DNA of 64,000 bases, taken from Armatimonadota bacterium. GTDB lineage: Bacteria > Armatimonadota > HRBIN16. Below the pieces are notes generated by a model. That model searched no databases. It saw nothing but the letters and a program-made list of their open reading frames with translations, and was not told the origin of the DNA. Below are positions 27,210 through 36,108 of the stretch, one piece after another. The translations under genes and the position numbers were made by a program. Numbering within the stretch: the stretch's first letter is position 1; every line of letters starts with the position of its first letter. The stretch is taken from the NCBI GenBank assembly GCA_963677485.1, contig OY781964.1:640001-704000 (forward strand). Reading direction: 5' to 3'.

Positions 27210-27866
27210 CTACAACCCGCCCTTACCGCGGGTAAGCCCGCACGCTACACCTAGCACTCTGCAGCCTTCTGCAGGGAAGTCGGGGTAACCAGATTCTGGG
27301 TTGTCTGGCGCGAAGTAACGGCGACCGCGGTTCATCACCGAGCGTTTGATCATGCGTTCTCCAGTCTCTAATACCTCTATTAGCGCAACTTCGCCCGTAC
27401 CACAAAACGGCTGCCGCTTTATGCCAACATAGTCATCGAAACAAACACGCGGTTCCATACAGTTACCCACTATATGCACAACGAAATCAGCATTCAGTTG
27501 CTTGGGAAACAACACATAGCCATCGGGATCGTCAGAGTCGGCAAAGCGTCCTTTGGATGGATCAGCCGGTACATCCCAGTATGGAAGCTTTACCAGGTGT
27601 GGGTTGCCGAGGGCATATAGCTCATTTCTACTCTCGAAGGCTTCGCATGCCTGCTCGAGAGTAATGTCGCCAGCAAAGTAACCGAGGTCAACCCCTATGG
27701 TTTTGGCAAATATTGCTAATAGGTCAACAGTTGGGATACTTCGACCACTAACCCAATTGTTGATAGTGCCATAGTTGATGCCACTGGCTTGAGATGCTGC
27801 CCTTATCGACCTAAAGCCTCGATACACCGTGGCTTTACGTATTTTATCTGCTAAATTTTCACTCAT
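27210..27866 (-). CDS. cI: CI-like repressor (HTH + S24 domain) with atypical cleavage residues
   Basis: Cro/C1 HTH; V.GNCMEP, IKR, PDNP..YP, RVLGV; divergent from cro. Confidence 0.9.
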   Translation of the reverse strand: MSENLADKIRKATVYRGFRSIRAASQASGINYGTINNWVSGRSIPTVDLLAIFAKTIGVDLGYFAGDITLEQACEAFESRNELYALGNPHLVKLPYWDVPADPSKGRFADSDDPDGYVLFPKQLNADFVVHIVGNCMEPRVCFDDYVGIKRQPFCGTGEVALIEVLETGERMIKRSVMNRGRRYFAPDNPESGYPDFPAEGCRVLGVACGLTRGKGGL

Positions 27867-27961
27867 AATACAAATATACTGGCTTATTGGTAATATTAGT
27901 ATTGAATTTATATACTCAATAGAATAAACTTTATATTAATAGGCTGAATTCCAGAAATGAG
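27867..27961. promoter_or_regulatory. AT-rich cI/cro divergent switch region with palindrome tattga-N10-tcaata
   Basis: Very AT-rich spacer between divergent HTH genes. Confidence 0.65.
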
Positions 27962-28174
27962 GTGAGTATGAGGAATCTCAAGCAGCTTCGTAAACAGAAG
28001 CATCTTAGTCAAATTGACCTTAGTCAACTAGCTGGGTGTAGTCCATCAACCCTGTTACGTATCGAACGGTACGGTCACCGACCACCAGATGAATGCTGCC
28101 AGCGAATCGCAGCGGCACTAGGTGTAACCGAGGCCGAAATATGGCCAACACAAACACAGGAGGCAACACAGTGA
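27962..28174 (+). CDS. cro: Cro-like HTH regulator
   Basis: LKQLRKQKHLSQIDL..LAG.S.STL.RIE...IAAALGV..AEIWP. Confidence 0.9.
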   Translation: MSMRNLKQLRKQKHLSQIDLSQLAGCSPSTLLRIERYGHRPPDECCQRIAAALGVTEAEIWPTQTQEATQ

Positions 28175-28347
28175 TCAGTTACGGATGGTTAGCGTTCCTC
28201 ATGCTGATAGCATGGTTTTTCGGTGTCGCAATGGGGGTCGATTCTAACGAACGGCGTCGTGCGGAAATCCGGGAAGCACTAGAAGGAGTGATCCTTGAGC
28301 TTCGAAATTCACTTACGCAGTTTCAAAATCGGAGGGGAGATCGATGA
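28171..28347 (+). CDS. Small single-pass membrane protein
   Basis: GTGA overlap, RBS aggagg, N-terminal TM segment. Confidence 0.65.
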   Translation: MISYGWLAFLMLIAWFFGVAMGVDSNERRRAEIREALEGVILELRNSLTQFQNRRGDR

Positions 28348-28805
28348 GCGTTTGGGTCTACGACCATAAAGCACAACGTCACACGAAGGTCGAAGCGGAG
28401 AGCGTGGAAGGCTATATCGAGCACCTGCGGACCAAATATGCCGAAGTAGTCAAGATGCCTATCATGTGCGAGCAGTTTGGCCAAAACCAGAGCAACCTGT
28501 GGGTATTTGCCACACGAAGCCATTTGGCATTCAATGCAGCCAGGATGGTTATCTCGGTCTACGAAAAGGCTGAACCAGAGGTGAAAGCCGGTAGCGTGAT
28601 AGAGGTGCTCCCGGACAATGTGATCAACGTTGAACAAATGTATGGAGGACCGTCTGACGATGGTTCCTTCGGTTTGTTCATCAATGATCAGGTGTTCCGG
28701 GTCCAGATGCCAGTGATACTGAGGCTGGCGGCCCACGTAATCGCCCTGGCCCCCATTATGAACTTCATCAATGCCATGAAAAAGGGGGAGACGAAATGCG
28801 CCTGA
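28344..28805 (+). CDS. Hypothetical early phage protein
   Basis: ATGA-coupled with RBS. Confidence 0.65.
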   Translation: MSVWVYDHKAQRHTKVEAESVEGYIEHLRTKYAEVVKMPIMCEQFGQNQSNLWVFATRSHLAFNAARMVISVYEKAEPEVKAGSVIEVLPDNVINVEQMYGGPSDDGSFGLFINDQVFRVQMPVILRLAAHVIALAPIMNFINAMKKGETKCA

Positions 28806-28957
28806 GACAGAAGCAGTATCCAGGCAGGCCGCTGCTAGAACACATACTCGACTGGATGGTGACCGGCATCATCATAATGGTTCCCGTCATCATATGGAAC
28901 ATTGCATATCTGTGTGGGAAGATGTCCGCGACTGCCCAGATAGTGGCCGCACGATGA
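28796..28957 (+). CDS. Small membrane protein (53 aa, not in ORF track)
   Basis: RBS ggag; WMVTGIIIMVPVIIWNIAYL TM; overlaps both neighbours. Confidence 0.6.
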   Translation: MRLRQKQYPGRPLLEHILDWMVTGIIIMVPVIIWNIAYLCGKMSATAQIVAAR

Positions 28958-29271
28958 GCAAGCAAGAACCAATCCCCTCTGCCGACGATGATCTCAAGTA
29001 TCTATCGTGGCACCCGGAAGGTGGGTATATCGTCAGAGCGGGTAGCAACCTGGCCATTGTAGTGGACCGGTATCCGATGCTGCGTGGAGACCAGCAGGAA
29101 CGTTGGGGCGTTTGGTTATACGACACGAAGATCAATGAGCATCTGTTAGCCATTCAGTTGTTCAGCGAGCCGCGGTCGTTCACCAGCCGTGAACTGGCGC
29201 AAAAGGCACTGGATGAATACTCACAGGCAGGCGACCTGCTGCCATATGTATGGAATGAACACAACGCCTGA
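28954..29271 (+). CDS. Hypothetical early phage protein
   Basis: ATGA-coupled. Confidence 0.6.
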   Translation: MSKQEPIPSADDDLKYLSWHPEGGYIVRAGSNLAIVVDRYPMLRGDQQERWGVWLYDTKINEHLLAIQLFSEPRSFTSRELAQKALDEYSQAGDLLPYVWNEHNA

Positions 29272-29340
29272 GAACAGCGATTCTCAGGCGTCATGAGGTG
29301 GACGATTAGGAGCATCCACCTCCATTATACAGGAGGAACC

Positions 29341-29556
29341 ATGGAATCAAGAGTGACCAGAGAAGAGATGCTGCGCTGCTTGAACCGCGAGTTGAAGATG
29401 CGCAACGGCGTATACAGCAAGCGTGTGCAGCGTGGTGAAATGCGCCCGGAGGATGCCCAGCGGGAGCTGGCCATCATGACCGCGGTCCGGGACCACATCG
29501 CCAACTGCCAACACATAGAAGGACAGATGGTGCTTGAGCTGGAGGCGGTCCGATGA
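29341..29556 (+). CDS. Conserved small phage protein
   Basis: RBS aggagg; C..REL.MR..VY...V..G.M....A..EL..M pattern common in phages. Confidence 0.75.
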   Translation: MESRVTREEMLRCLNRELKMRNGVYSKRVQRGEMRPEDAQRELAIMTAVRDHIANCQHIEGQMVLELEAVR

Positions 29557-29765
29557 TATCGAAGGAGACATTGGCCGTGGAGTTGATGGAGATGTGGGCA
29601 CGCAAGAAGGCCGAGATCGCCCGGTTGACCGAGGAGCTGAAGACCGCCAGGCGCGAATATGACGAAATCGTGTCAGAGATGGAGAGCCGGGTGAACCGGC
29701 CTCTACCTGGCACTATTGAACCTGAGCTAGAGACCGCCACGGTGGGTAAGAGGCGATCGCGATGA
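29553..29765 (+). CDS. Small coiled-coil phage protein
   Basis: ATGA-coupled, RBS ggagg. Confidence 0.65.
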   Translation: MISKETLAVELMEMWARKKAEIARLTEELKTARREYDEIVSEMESRVNRPLPGTIEPELETATVGKRRSR

Positions 29766-29860
29766 TCGATAAGCTGATCATGGCCATGGCGGTGGTCGGA
29801 GTGGTCTGCTTCTACATCGGCCTGGGTGTGGGGTATGCGTTGTTTCGTGGTGACCGGTGA
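29762..29860 (+). CDS. 32-aa membrane peptide (not in ORF track)
   Basis: MIDKLIMAMAVVGVVCFYIGLGVGYALFRGDR; overlaps both neighbours by 4 nt. Confidence 0.55.
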   Translation: MIDKLIMAMAVVGVVCFYIGLGVGYALFRGDR

Positions 29861-30066
29861 TGGTTACCCATAACACCAGGTGCGGCCGCTGCGGGCGTGT
29901 GTCGCCCTTCGTGCATCTGATGCCGGACGGGAGCGGTATATGCGGCATGTGCGGCAATGAGTTATCGTGGCGTGCGCTCCAGATGGAGCGGCGAGAAGGT
30001 GGCCCCGTTCAACCCGCCGGTTTGAACACAAGCCGGGGCCACCGGCAAGAACCAAGGAGGAGATAA
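29857..30066 (+). CDS. Small zinc-ribbon protein
   Basis: CGRCG...CGMCG. Confidence 0.6.
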   Translation: MMVTHNTRCGRCGRVSPFVHLMPDGSGICGMCGNELSWRALQMERREGGPVQPAGLNTSRGHRQEPRRR

Positions 30067-30068
30067 GA

Positions 30069-30314
30069 ATGGGTAGAAATCCATATCCAATTGTTGGGCT
30101 GGAGCCAATCGTCGAAAAAGATGATCCCTCTGAGCTTCCTGACCTGCTAACGCTGGCGGAAGCTGCCGAGCAACTACGGTGCAGCGCAAAACACCTGCGT
30201 GATCATGTGGTCATCGGTGATCTCCCCCATTACAAAGTTGGACGCGGCTATAAAGTGGCAAAGTGTGACCTGGTGCGTTGGGCACGCTCACGGCGGGTGG
30301 CAAACCATGCGTAG
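30069..30314 (+). CDS. xis: Excisionase-like HTH_17 protein
   Basis: LLTLAEAAEQLRCS......V..GDLPHYKVGRGYKV...DL..W; overlaps int. Confidence 0.85.
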   Translation: MGRNPYPIVGLEPIVEKDDPSELPDLLTLAEAAEQLRCSAKHLRDHVVIGDLPHYKVGRGYKVAKCDLVRWARSRRVANHA

Positions 30315-31374
30315 AGATAAGCATGATGGTTCTATCAGCCGGATGGCCAATGGACGTCTTCGGATGCGCGTGATGTTCTCAGGACGTATATATAGTCATG
30401 TGGCCGATACCAAAGTAGAACTGAACAAATGGCGGCGTGAGCTGCTGATCCAGATCGAGAGCGGTATCAAGCCAAGTGCCACCAAAATGACGATCACAGA
30501 AGCGTTTAACGAGTGGTTCACGGACTATGCTCACACGGTCCGTCAATCTTCTCAGCATAATATCAAATCTGCAATCAAGATGTGGGATAGATTGTTGCCA
30601 AACTTGAAGATCACCCACACCAACAAGGGAGTGATCCAGTCAGCAGTTGATACTGCCATACAGAGCGGATATGCACCTAAGACCATGTCAGTCAGGGTGA
30701 CCATCCTTGGCATGATGTGTTCCTGGGCTGTGGACAAGGGTTATATTTTACGAAGCCCGACTGACGGGGTTAAGGTGCCGACACATAGGTCAAAAGTCGA
30801 TCGCAACGTAGTGGACTATGCAGAGAGGATCATCGCGTATTTCGATGAGCACGATGATTTGATGGCCGCGCGATGCAGGATGCTCTATTACACTGGACTG
30901 AGAATCGGAGAGGCTTGCGGGTTAAAGTGGTCTGATGTCGATATGGAGGCGCAGAGTATTTCCATCAGCAGACAAAACTACAAAGGCAGCATAGTAGTTC
31001 CGAAGACGAACAGTTCATACCGCACTATTACTCTACCGAACAGTGCAATGGAAGTTCTTGAGTATTTTGCGTCAAGAAGCAAGGGGCCATATCTCATGTC
31101 CATAACGGATCATGCTGCAGGAACGACTAATATTTCGAACGCTATAATGCGGGCTGCTCGATCGTTGGGATTTATCTTTAAGTGCCACTGGTTCCGACAT
31201 GCTCACGCGTCCTACTGTTTGCACCACGGAATGAATATCGCAGCTATCAGTGCCCGTCTTGGACACGCGTCGATATCGACAACACTGAATATCTATTCAC
31301 ACATGCTGCCAGGTGCTGATGAGGCCGTCAGGGAGCTGTGGAATGTTAAAAAAGTGGTCCGCAAAGCTGATTAG
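30307..31374 (+). CDS. int: Tyrosine integrase
   Basis: TGLRIGE, PKT, HWFRH, RLGH, YSH catalytic set intact. Confidence 0.96.
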   Translation: MRRDKHDGSISRMANGRLRMRVMFSGRIYSHVADTKVELNKWRRELLIQIESGIKPSATKMTITEAFNEWFTDYAHTVRQSSQHNIKSAIKMWDRLLPNLKITHTNKGVIQSAVDTAIQSGYAPKTMSVRVTILGMMCSWAVDKGYILRSPTDGVKVPTHRSKVDRNVVDYAERIIAYFDEHDDLMAARCRMLYYTGLRIGEACGLKWSDVDMEAQSISISRQNYKGSIVVPKTNSSYRTITLPNSAMEVLEYFASRSKGPYLMSITDHAAGTTNISNAIMRAARSLGFIFKCHWFRHAHASYCLHHGMNIAAISARLGHASISTTLNIYSHMLPGADEAVRELWNVKKVVRKAD

Positions 31375-31569
31375 ACTCAAATATGGACTCATGGAGACGA
31401 ATCCGATGAAAATCAAGCACATAAGTTCGGCAGGAAATCATATATTACATTATACATAAAGGGCGTAAGGCGCCGTTTGCTATCAGTGGCTATAGGGCTA
31501 ATCTGATGGCATATACACAGAAATCTAGCAGCGCCAAATCAACCTATAGGTATGTTACGATTTCTTGCT

Positions 31570-32220
31570 TTACGCGAATCGACCAAGTGCTTCGAGAGAA
31601 GAAATCCATTGATCGAAATGCGGGCATTCATGCCTGATGCAAGCAAGACCTATCTCTTCCGCGATGATGGGTCCAAACTCATCTTTACTATAGATACCCT
31701 CACCGAATACCTGCATAATGCGTTTTGAAGGGGCAGTATCTTTACTATTGTTTATATCCTCCGGCGAATCGAACCGATCTCGAATGGCCTGAAGCTTGTT
31801 CCTTACAGCCTCATTCCACCCATCAAGAACCCACACAAACTGATTCACATCGGCGAATAACAGGGCTTCGAATTCATACTGCTGAACGTAGGGGATCACT
31901 TTAGTTTTGTCGAAATTCGTGATCTGTCTAGTCAGTGTATCCACGATTCCGAATTCGAGTTGTTGTTTGGAGTTCATTTTAGCTCCTTGAAAACCATACA
32001 GATCGACAAATGTGCTGATATAGTCAAAACAGCCATATACCATCTTTATATGTTGCACTAACCTTGGAAGACTAACACTACCACCACCTCGGTCTCTTTC
32101 ATGTTTCTTAAGTAAGGTCGTTCTGATATCCTGGTTATACAATGCGAGATGTGGTTTGATACAACGTTCGACGAATACCAGTTCGGTATGACCCTCACAG
32201 ATGATACAAACTCGTTTCAT
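31570..32220 (-). CDS. DUF4276-family (TOPRIM-like) protein
   Basis: ICEGHTE..FV, DLYGF, YEFEALLF, PEDIN..TAPSKRI, IR.ECPHF..W. Confidence 0.85.
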   Translation of the reverse strand: MKRVCIICEGHTELVFVERCIKPHLALYNQDIRTTLLKKHERDRGGGSVSLPRLVQHIKMVYGCFDYISTFVDLYGFQGAKMNSKQQLEFGIVDTLTRQITNFDKTKVIPYVQQYEFEALLFADVNQFVWVLDGWNEAVRNKLQAIRDRFDSPEDINNSKDTAPSKRIMQVFGEGIYSKDEFGPIIAEEIGLACIRHECPHFDQWISSLEALGRFA

Positions 32221-32547
32221 ATCTCACTCTCAAACACGTTCTGCAGCCATAAATCTGATATCAAATAGTCATCGTGAAGCCATTGATCATACTGCTTTTG
32301 GGGTAGGCACTGTAAACTGGTAGCACCGTCAACTGTCTTGGCAACTATGATGTTTTCAAGGTCAAAGCAATCAACCATATATGGCGACTGTGTGGCGATG
32401 AAAACCTGCCGTGACTGAGCAACCCGTTTGATCATATCAGACACAAGCATGATTGCTTGAGGATGCAATCCAAGTTCCGGCTCATCGAAAAACAGCACAT
32501 CAGACATCATCTCTGCAGGCATATTTAGCAAAGTCAGTAAACAAAAC
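32217..32547 (-). pseudogene. AAA_21/ABC-type ATPase, 3' fragment (IS-interrupted)
   Basis: Walker B FFDEPELGLHP and H-loop IATQSP. Confidence 0.9.
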
Positions 32548-32687
32548 TGTCGCTAATCGGGTTACACTATACCAGCCCATTCGGCATGTGTGAGCCACCC
32601 ATGTTCGGCATGACTATACCACTCTAGCCGTGTTTCGATGCCCCTGACCGCCTAAATGATAGACACAGTTTTATCAGGAGGGCATAC

Positions 32688-34247
32688 ATGGAAAGGCTAA
32701 GAATGCAGATCATAGAAGAGATCATATTCCGACTGCGGCGTGGGCAGTCCCAACGAGCGATTTCTCGTGACACGGGCTGCGCTCGTAACACCGTCAGCCA
32801 ATACGCACAGTGGGCATCTCGACTTGGATACCTGGCTCCAGATTCAGATATGCCGAGTATGGAGGCATTTCGTGACACCTTACCGCAGCGCAAACGACGC
32901 AGTAATGTGTCTAGTGCTGAACCATACCGCGAAGTCATCGAGACTTATCTCCAGGCTCACATAGAGGCAGTGACCATCCACAACAACCTAAAGCGACTAT
33001 ACGGGTTTACCGGTAGCTACTCTTCGGTTATTCGCTTCATTAGCGGATTGACCCCCAAAGAGCAGTTGGCCATTATACGTCTAGAGACAGATCCAGGAAA
33101 ACAGGCCCAGGTTGACTTCGGATTTGTGGGGCAAATGAAGGACCCCGCAACAGGCAAGATGCGTTCAACGTATGCCTTCTTGATGACGCTATCACACTCT
33201 CGACATCAATACGTGGAGTTTGTATTCAATCAAAGGATACCCACATGGGTGAACTGCCATATCAACGCCTTTGAATTCTTCGGAGGCGTTCCAGAGGAAC
33301 TTGTGATAGACAATCTAAAGTCAGCGGTTCTCAAAGCAGATATATACGACCCTGTCATCTCGGAGCCGTATCGGCAACTGGCCTTGCACTACGACTTCCT
33401 CATTCATCCATGTAGAGTGAGAACCCCGGAGCATAAAGGAAAAGTGGAAAACGGGGTTCATTACGTGCAGCGAAACTTCATTGCAGGCCGGGAGTTCATG
33501 GATATCGACGAAGCGAACCTGCTTGTGAAGACCTGGATCACACAAGAGGCAGGTCTGCGTAACCATGGAACCACACATAAACAGCCATTGGCGCAGTTCA
33601 ATCAGGTAGAGAAGAGCACGCTTAAGTCATTACCAGACACGGAATTTGATCTCATTGAAGTTCGTAGTGCGAAAGTCCATCGGGACTGTCATGTTACAGT
33701 GTATGGTTCTTACTATTCCGTGCCCTACAGCTACATAGGCAGCCAAATGGACGTGCATCTGCACGAACGAGTGGTGCAGATATATGATAACGACCATAAA
33801 CTAGTTGGAACACATCAAAGAGCGACACAACAAGGGCAGCGCATTACCCGCATGACTGATTACCCAACACATAAAGTGGCCTATATGGTTCTTTTAATCG
33901 AGAATTGCCTGGAATTAGGGCATGACATCGGCCCCAGTTGTGTTACGGTGCTTAATGCTTTGCTGGCTGACAGGCCTGTAGACCGAAGACAATCCGTGAA
34001 GAGGATCGTCCGGCTAGTTCAAACGTACAGCAGTAGTCGCCTGGAAGCGGCCTGCGCACGCTCTCTCTATTACCAAGATGGTAGTTACCAACGCATTGCT
34101 AAGATACTGAGGGCCGGTACAGATCACGAGCCAATGGGAATAACATCTTCTCTTCCCCCTAAAAAAGACTACCTCTTCGCTCGTAGTGCCGACGAATTCA
34201 TTTTGGTCAGTAATGCTGACACCAATATGGAGGTAGAAGCGTGTTAA
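32688..34247 (+). CDS. istA: IS21 transposase IstA
   Basis: PGKQAQVDFG, FGGVP..LVIDNLKS, KGKVE, YSVP. Confidence 0.96.
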   Translation: MERLRMQIIEEIIFRLRRGQSQRAISRDTGCARNTVSQYAQWASRLGYLAPDSDMPSMEAFRDTLPQRKRRSNVSSAEPYREVIETYLQAHIEAVTIHNNLKRLYGFTGSYSSVIRFISGLTPKEQLAIIRLETDPGKQAQVDFGFVGQMKDPATGKMRSTYAFLMTLSHSRHQYVEFVFNQRIPTWVNCHINAFEFFGGVPEELVIDNLKSAVLKADIYDPVISEPYRQLALHYDFLIHPCRVRTPEHKGKVENGVHYVQRNFIAGREFMDIDEANLLVKTWITQEAGLRNHGTTHKQPLAQFNQVEKSTLKSLPDTEFDLIEVRSAKVHRDCHVTVYGSYYSVPYSYIGSQMDVHLHERVVQIYDNDHKLVGTHQRATQQGQRITRMTDYPTHKVAYMVLLIENCLELGHDIGPSCVTVLNALLADRPVDRRQSVKRIVRLVQTYSSSRLEAACARSLYYQDGSYQRIAKILRAGTDHEPMGITSSLPPKKDYLFARSADEFILVSNADTNMEVEAC

Positions 34248-35008
34248 CTCACACACTGCTACCCAAGCTCAGGCAACTCAGATGGTCTGGCATGGTTGAT
34301 AGCCTCGAAGAGAGAGCGGAGCTAGCCCGTGAGCAAAAGCTCTCACCAACGGAGTTCCTTGCGTTATTAGTAGATGATGAGCTTGAGCGACGCAGCCAAA
34401 CTAAACAGGTAAAGATGGAGAAGGCGGCCTGTTTCGAGAACACGAAACTGCTGTCCCACTTCGACTTCAACGCTGTACCTACCCTTGATCGTTCGCTGGT
34501 AAGGGAGATGGCGACCTGCCAGTTTATCGCTCAACATGCCAACTGGCTGGTGTGTGGTCCCACTGGTGTGGGCAAGACACATCTAGCCACCGCCATAGGT
34601 TATGAGGCCATTAAGCGAAGCTACAGTGTTTATAACAGTTCTGTCCACAAGTTGCAACAGGAGATGTTTGCGGCCAGGGCAGACGATGCTTATACGCGGT
34701 TGATTAAGAAATTGGTCAACGTTGACCTCCTGATACTCGACGACTTTGGTCTTCGCCCCATCACAATTCAGGGAGCGGAAGACCTCTACGAGATCATCCA
34801 CCAGAGATACGAGAAGGGCAGTATTGTATTGACATCTAATCGGGCTCCCTCCGAATGGCCGGAGATGTTTGGCGACTCTCTTCTCGCTTCAGCTGCTATG
34901 GACAGATTGACTCACCATGCCCGGGTGACTGTTGTCACCGGTGAGAGCTATCGCCAAAGGCAGCGCAGAGGGGAGGTAAGCAAGCCGGATAATGCATCCG
35001 TAGAGTGA
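34241..35008 (+). CDS. istB: IS21 helper ATPase IstB
   Basis: GPTGVGKTHLA, LLILDDFG, RYEKGS..LTSN, AAMDRL.HH. Confidence 0.96.
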   Translation: MLTHTLLPKLRQLRWSGMVDSLEERAELAREQKLSPTEFLALLVDDELERRSQTKQVKMEKAACFENTKLLSHFDFNAVPTLDRSLVREMATCQFIAQHANWLVCGPTGVGKTHLATAIGYEAIKRSYSVYNSSVHKLQQEMFAARADDAYTRLIKKLVNVDLLILDDFGLRPITIQGAEDLYEIIHQRYEKGSIVLTSNRAPSEWPEMFGDSLLASAAMDRLTHHARVTVVTGESYRQRQRRGEVSKPDNASVE

Positions 35009-35110
35009 GATACCGACGCATCCAACACTTACATTGGGCAATGAACACGAACTAGTCAAGTGGTATACATATGCCGAACATGGGTGGTAGTAATAAGGTG
35101 ACTATTGACA

Positions 35111-35927
35111 AACAAAACAATCGTAGTGATCCATCGGAAGTCAAATGAGGTCCGAACGTCTTCCCATTGTGCGAACTTTTCCACCTGATCTGCACTTTAC
35201 CAAACGCAGGCTGTAATTCGAAATCTTCGAAGCCTGGCAGCACGCGTGATACTTGCTTCACAATCAGTTTGTAGCGCCTGATATCGTGATTCTGTAGATA
35301 TAGTAGTACCGGTGCAAGATTGGCACCGTCGCTACGCATCCAGTTGTAGTCATCTACATCCCAGGGTTGCCTGATGTATGCATGTGCTGAAGTGTCATGG
35401 AATTGGTAAGTGACACAACTCTTCAAAAGGCTGGCAACAACCTGCGCCGTCTTGTCCTGCGTGATATATTCGATCAGAGCTGCTTCTTTACTCGGTCCGG
35501 GCAGCTCTTTCCACCCAGCCTCCGATTCGAGTGATAAACTCGAATAACGATAAGCTTCGTGAACAAACAACAGTGAATCATCTGAGCTTATATGGGAAAG
35601 TGCAAACTCATAGTCGTTAACTCCAGTCTGCGTTTCAATGCGGACACGTGCATCCATTCGTGGAGTGGCGCGAGCACCCATGTAGAGTTGATCATCACCG
35701 CCTCCATGCCGCATGACAAACTCCTGCAGTTTCTGGCCGCGCAACATCCATCCCAGCATCTCAAAAAATCGGATGAAGTTTGATTTTCCCGCACCATTTG
35801 CCCCGATGAGGACGGCAAGCTGAGGAATATCCAGGTTATCAACACACTGCAGGCTCCTAAAGCCATGAATGCTGACTTGTTTGATACGACCCACTAACCG
35901 TTGTTGTGGTGCGATGTCATCATGCAT
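35111..35927 (-). pseudogene. AAA_21/ABC-type ATPase, 5' fragment (IS-interrupted)
   Basis: GFRS, Walker A IGANGAGKSN, DGANLA, SDGSLR signature; removing the IS and one duplication restores SLRLFCLLTLLNMP. Confidence 0.92.
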
Positions 35928-36108
35928 TTAGCTACCCCTGTAATGGTTATGTAAAGAAGGTGAGGTCTTGTGGAATTACTATACAGCCATATTGTACCCA
36001 ACATCAACGAGCTGCCATTCATCACAATGGATCCCGCGAAACCTCATTAAGATGTATCCTATAACAAATAGGAAATACCTAAAACCGCATTACTCGAAGG
36101 AGAATAAC

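Larger units (their letters stand above)
1..31460. mobile_element. Temperate siphovirus-like prophage, right-hand part (left end outside window; right end approximate, just after integrase)
   Basis: Contiguous terminase, portal, protease, HK97 capsid, tail, lysis, cI/cro and xis/int genes; non-phage genes follow int. Confidence 0.95.
32548..35110 (+). mobile_element. IS21-family insertion sequence with 8-bp target duplication AACAAAAC
   Basis: TGTC...GACA ends; duplication at 32540-47 and 35111-18; inverted ccacccatgttcggcat at 32595-611 and 35071-87; istA-istB. Confidence 0.95.

Noticed and set aside
31430-31462. Chromosomal dif site
   Set aside because: Only one arm resembles Xer sites; the XerD arm ttatgttaaat is poorly matched.
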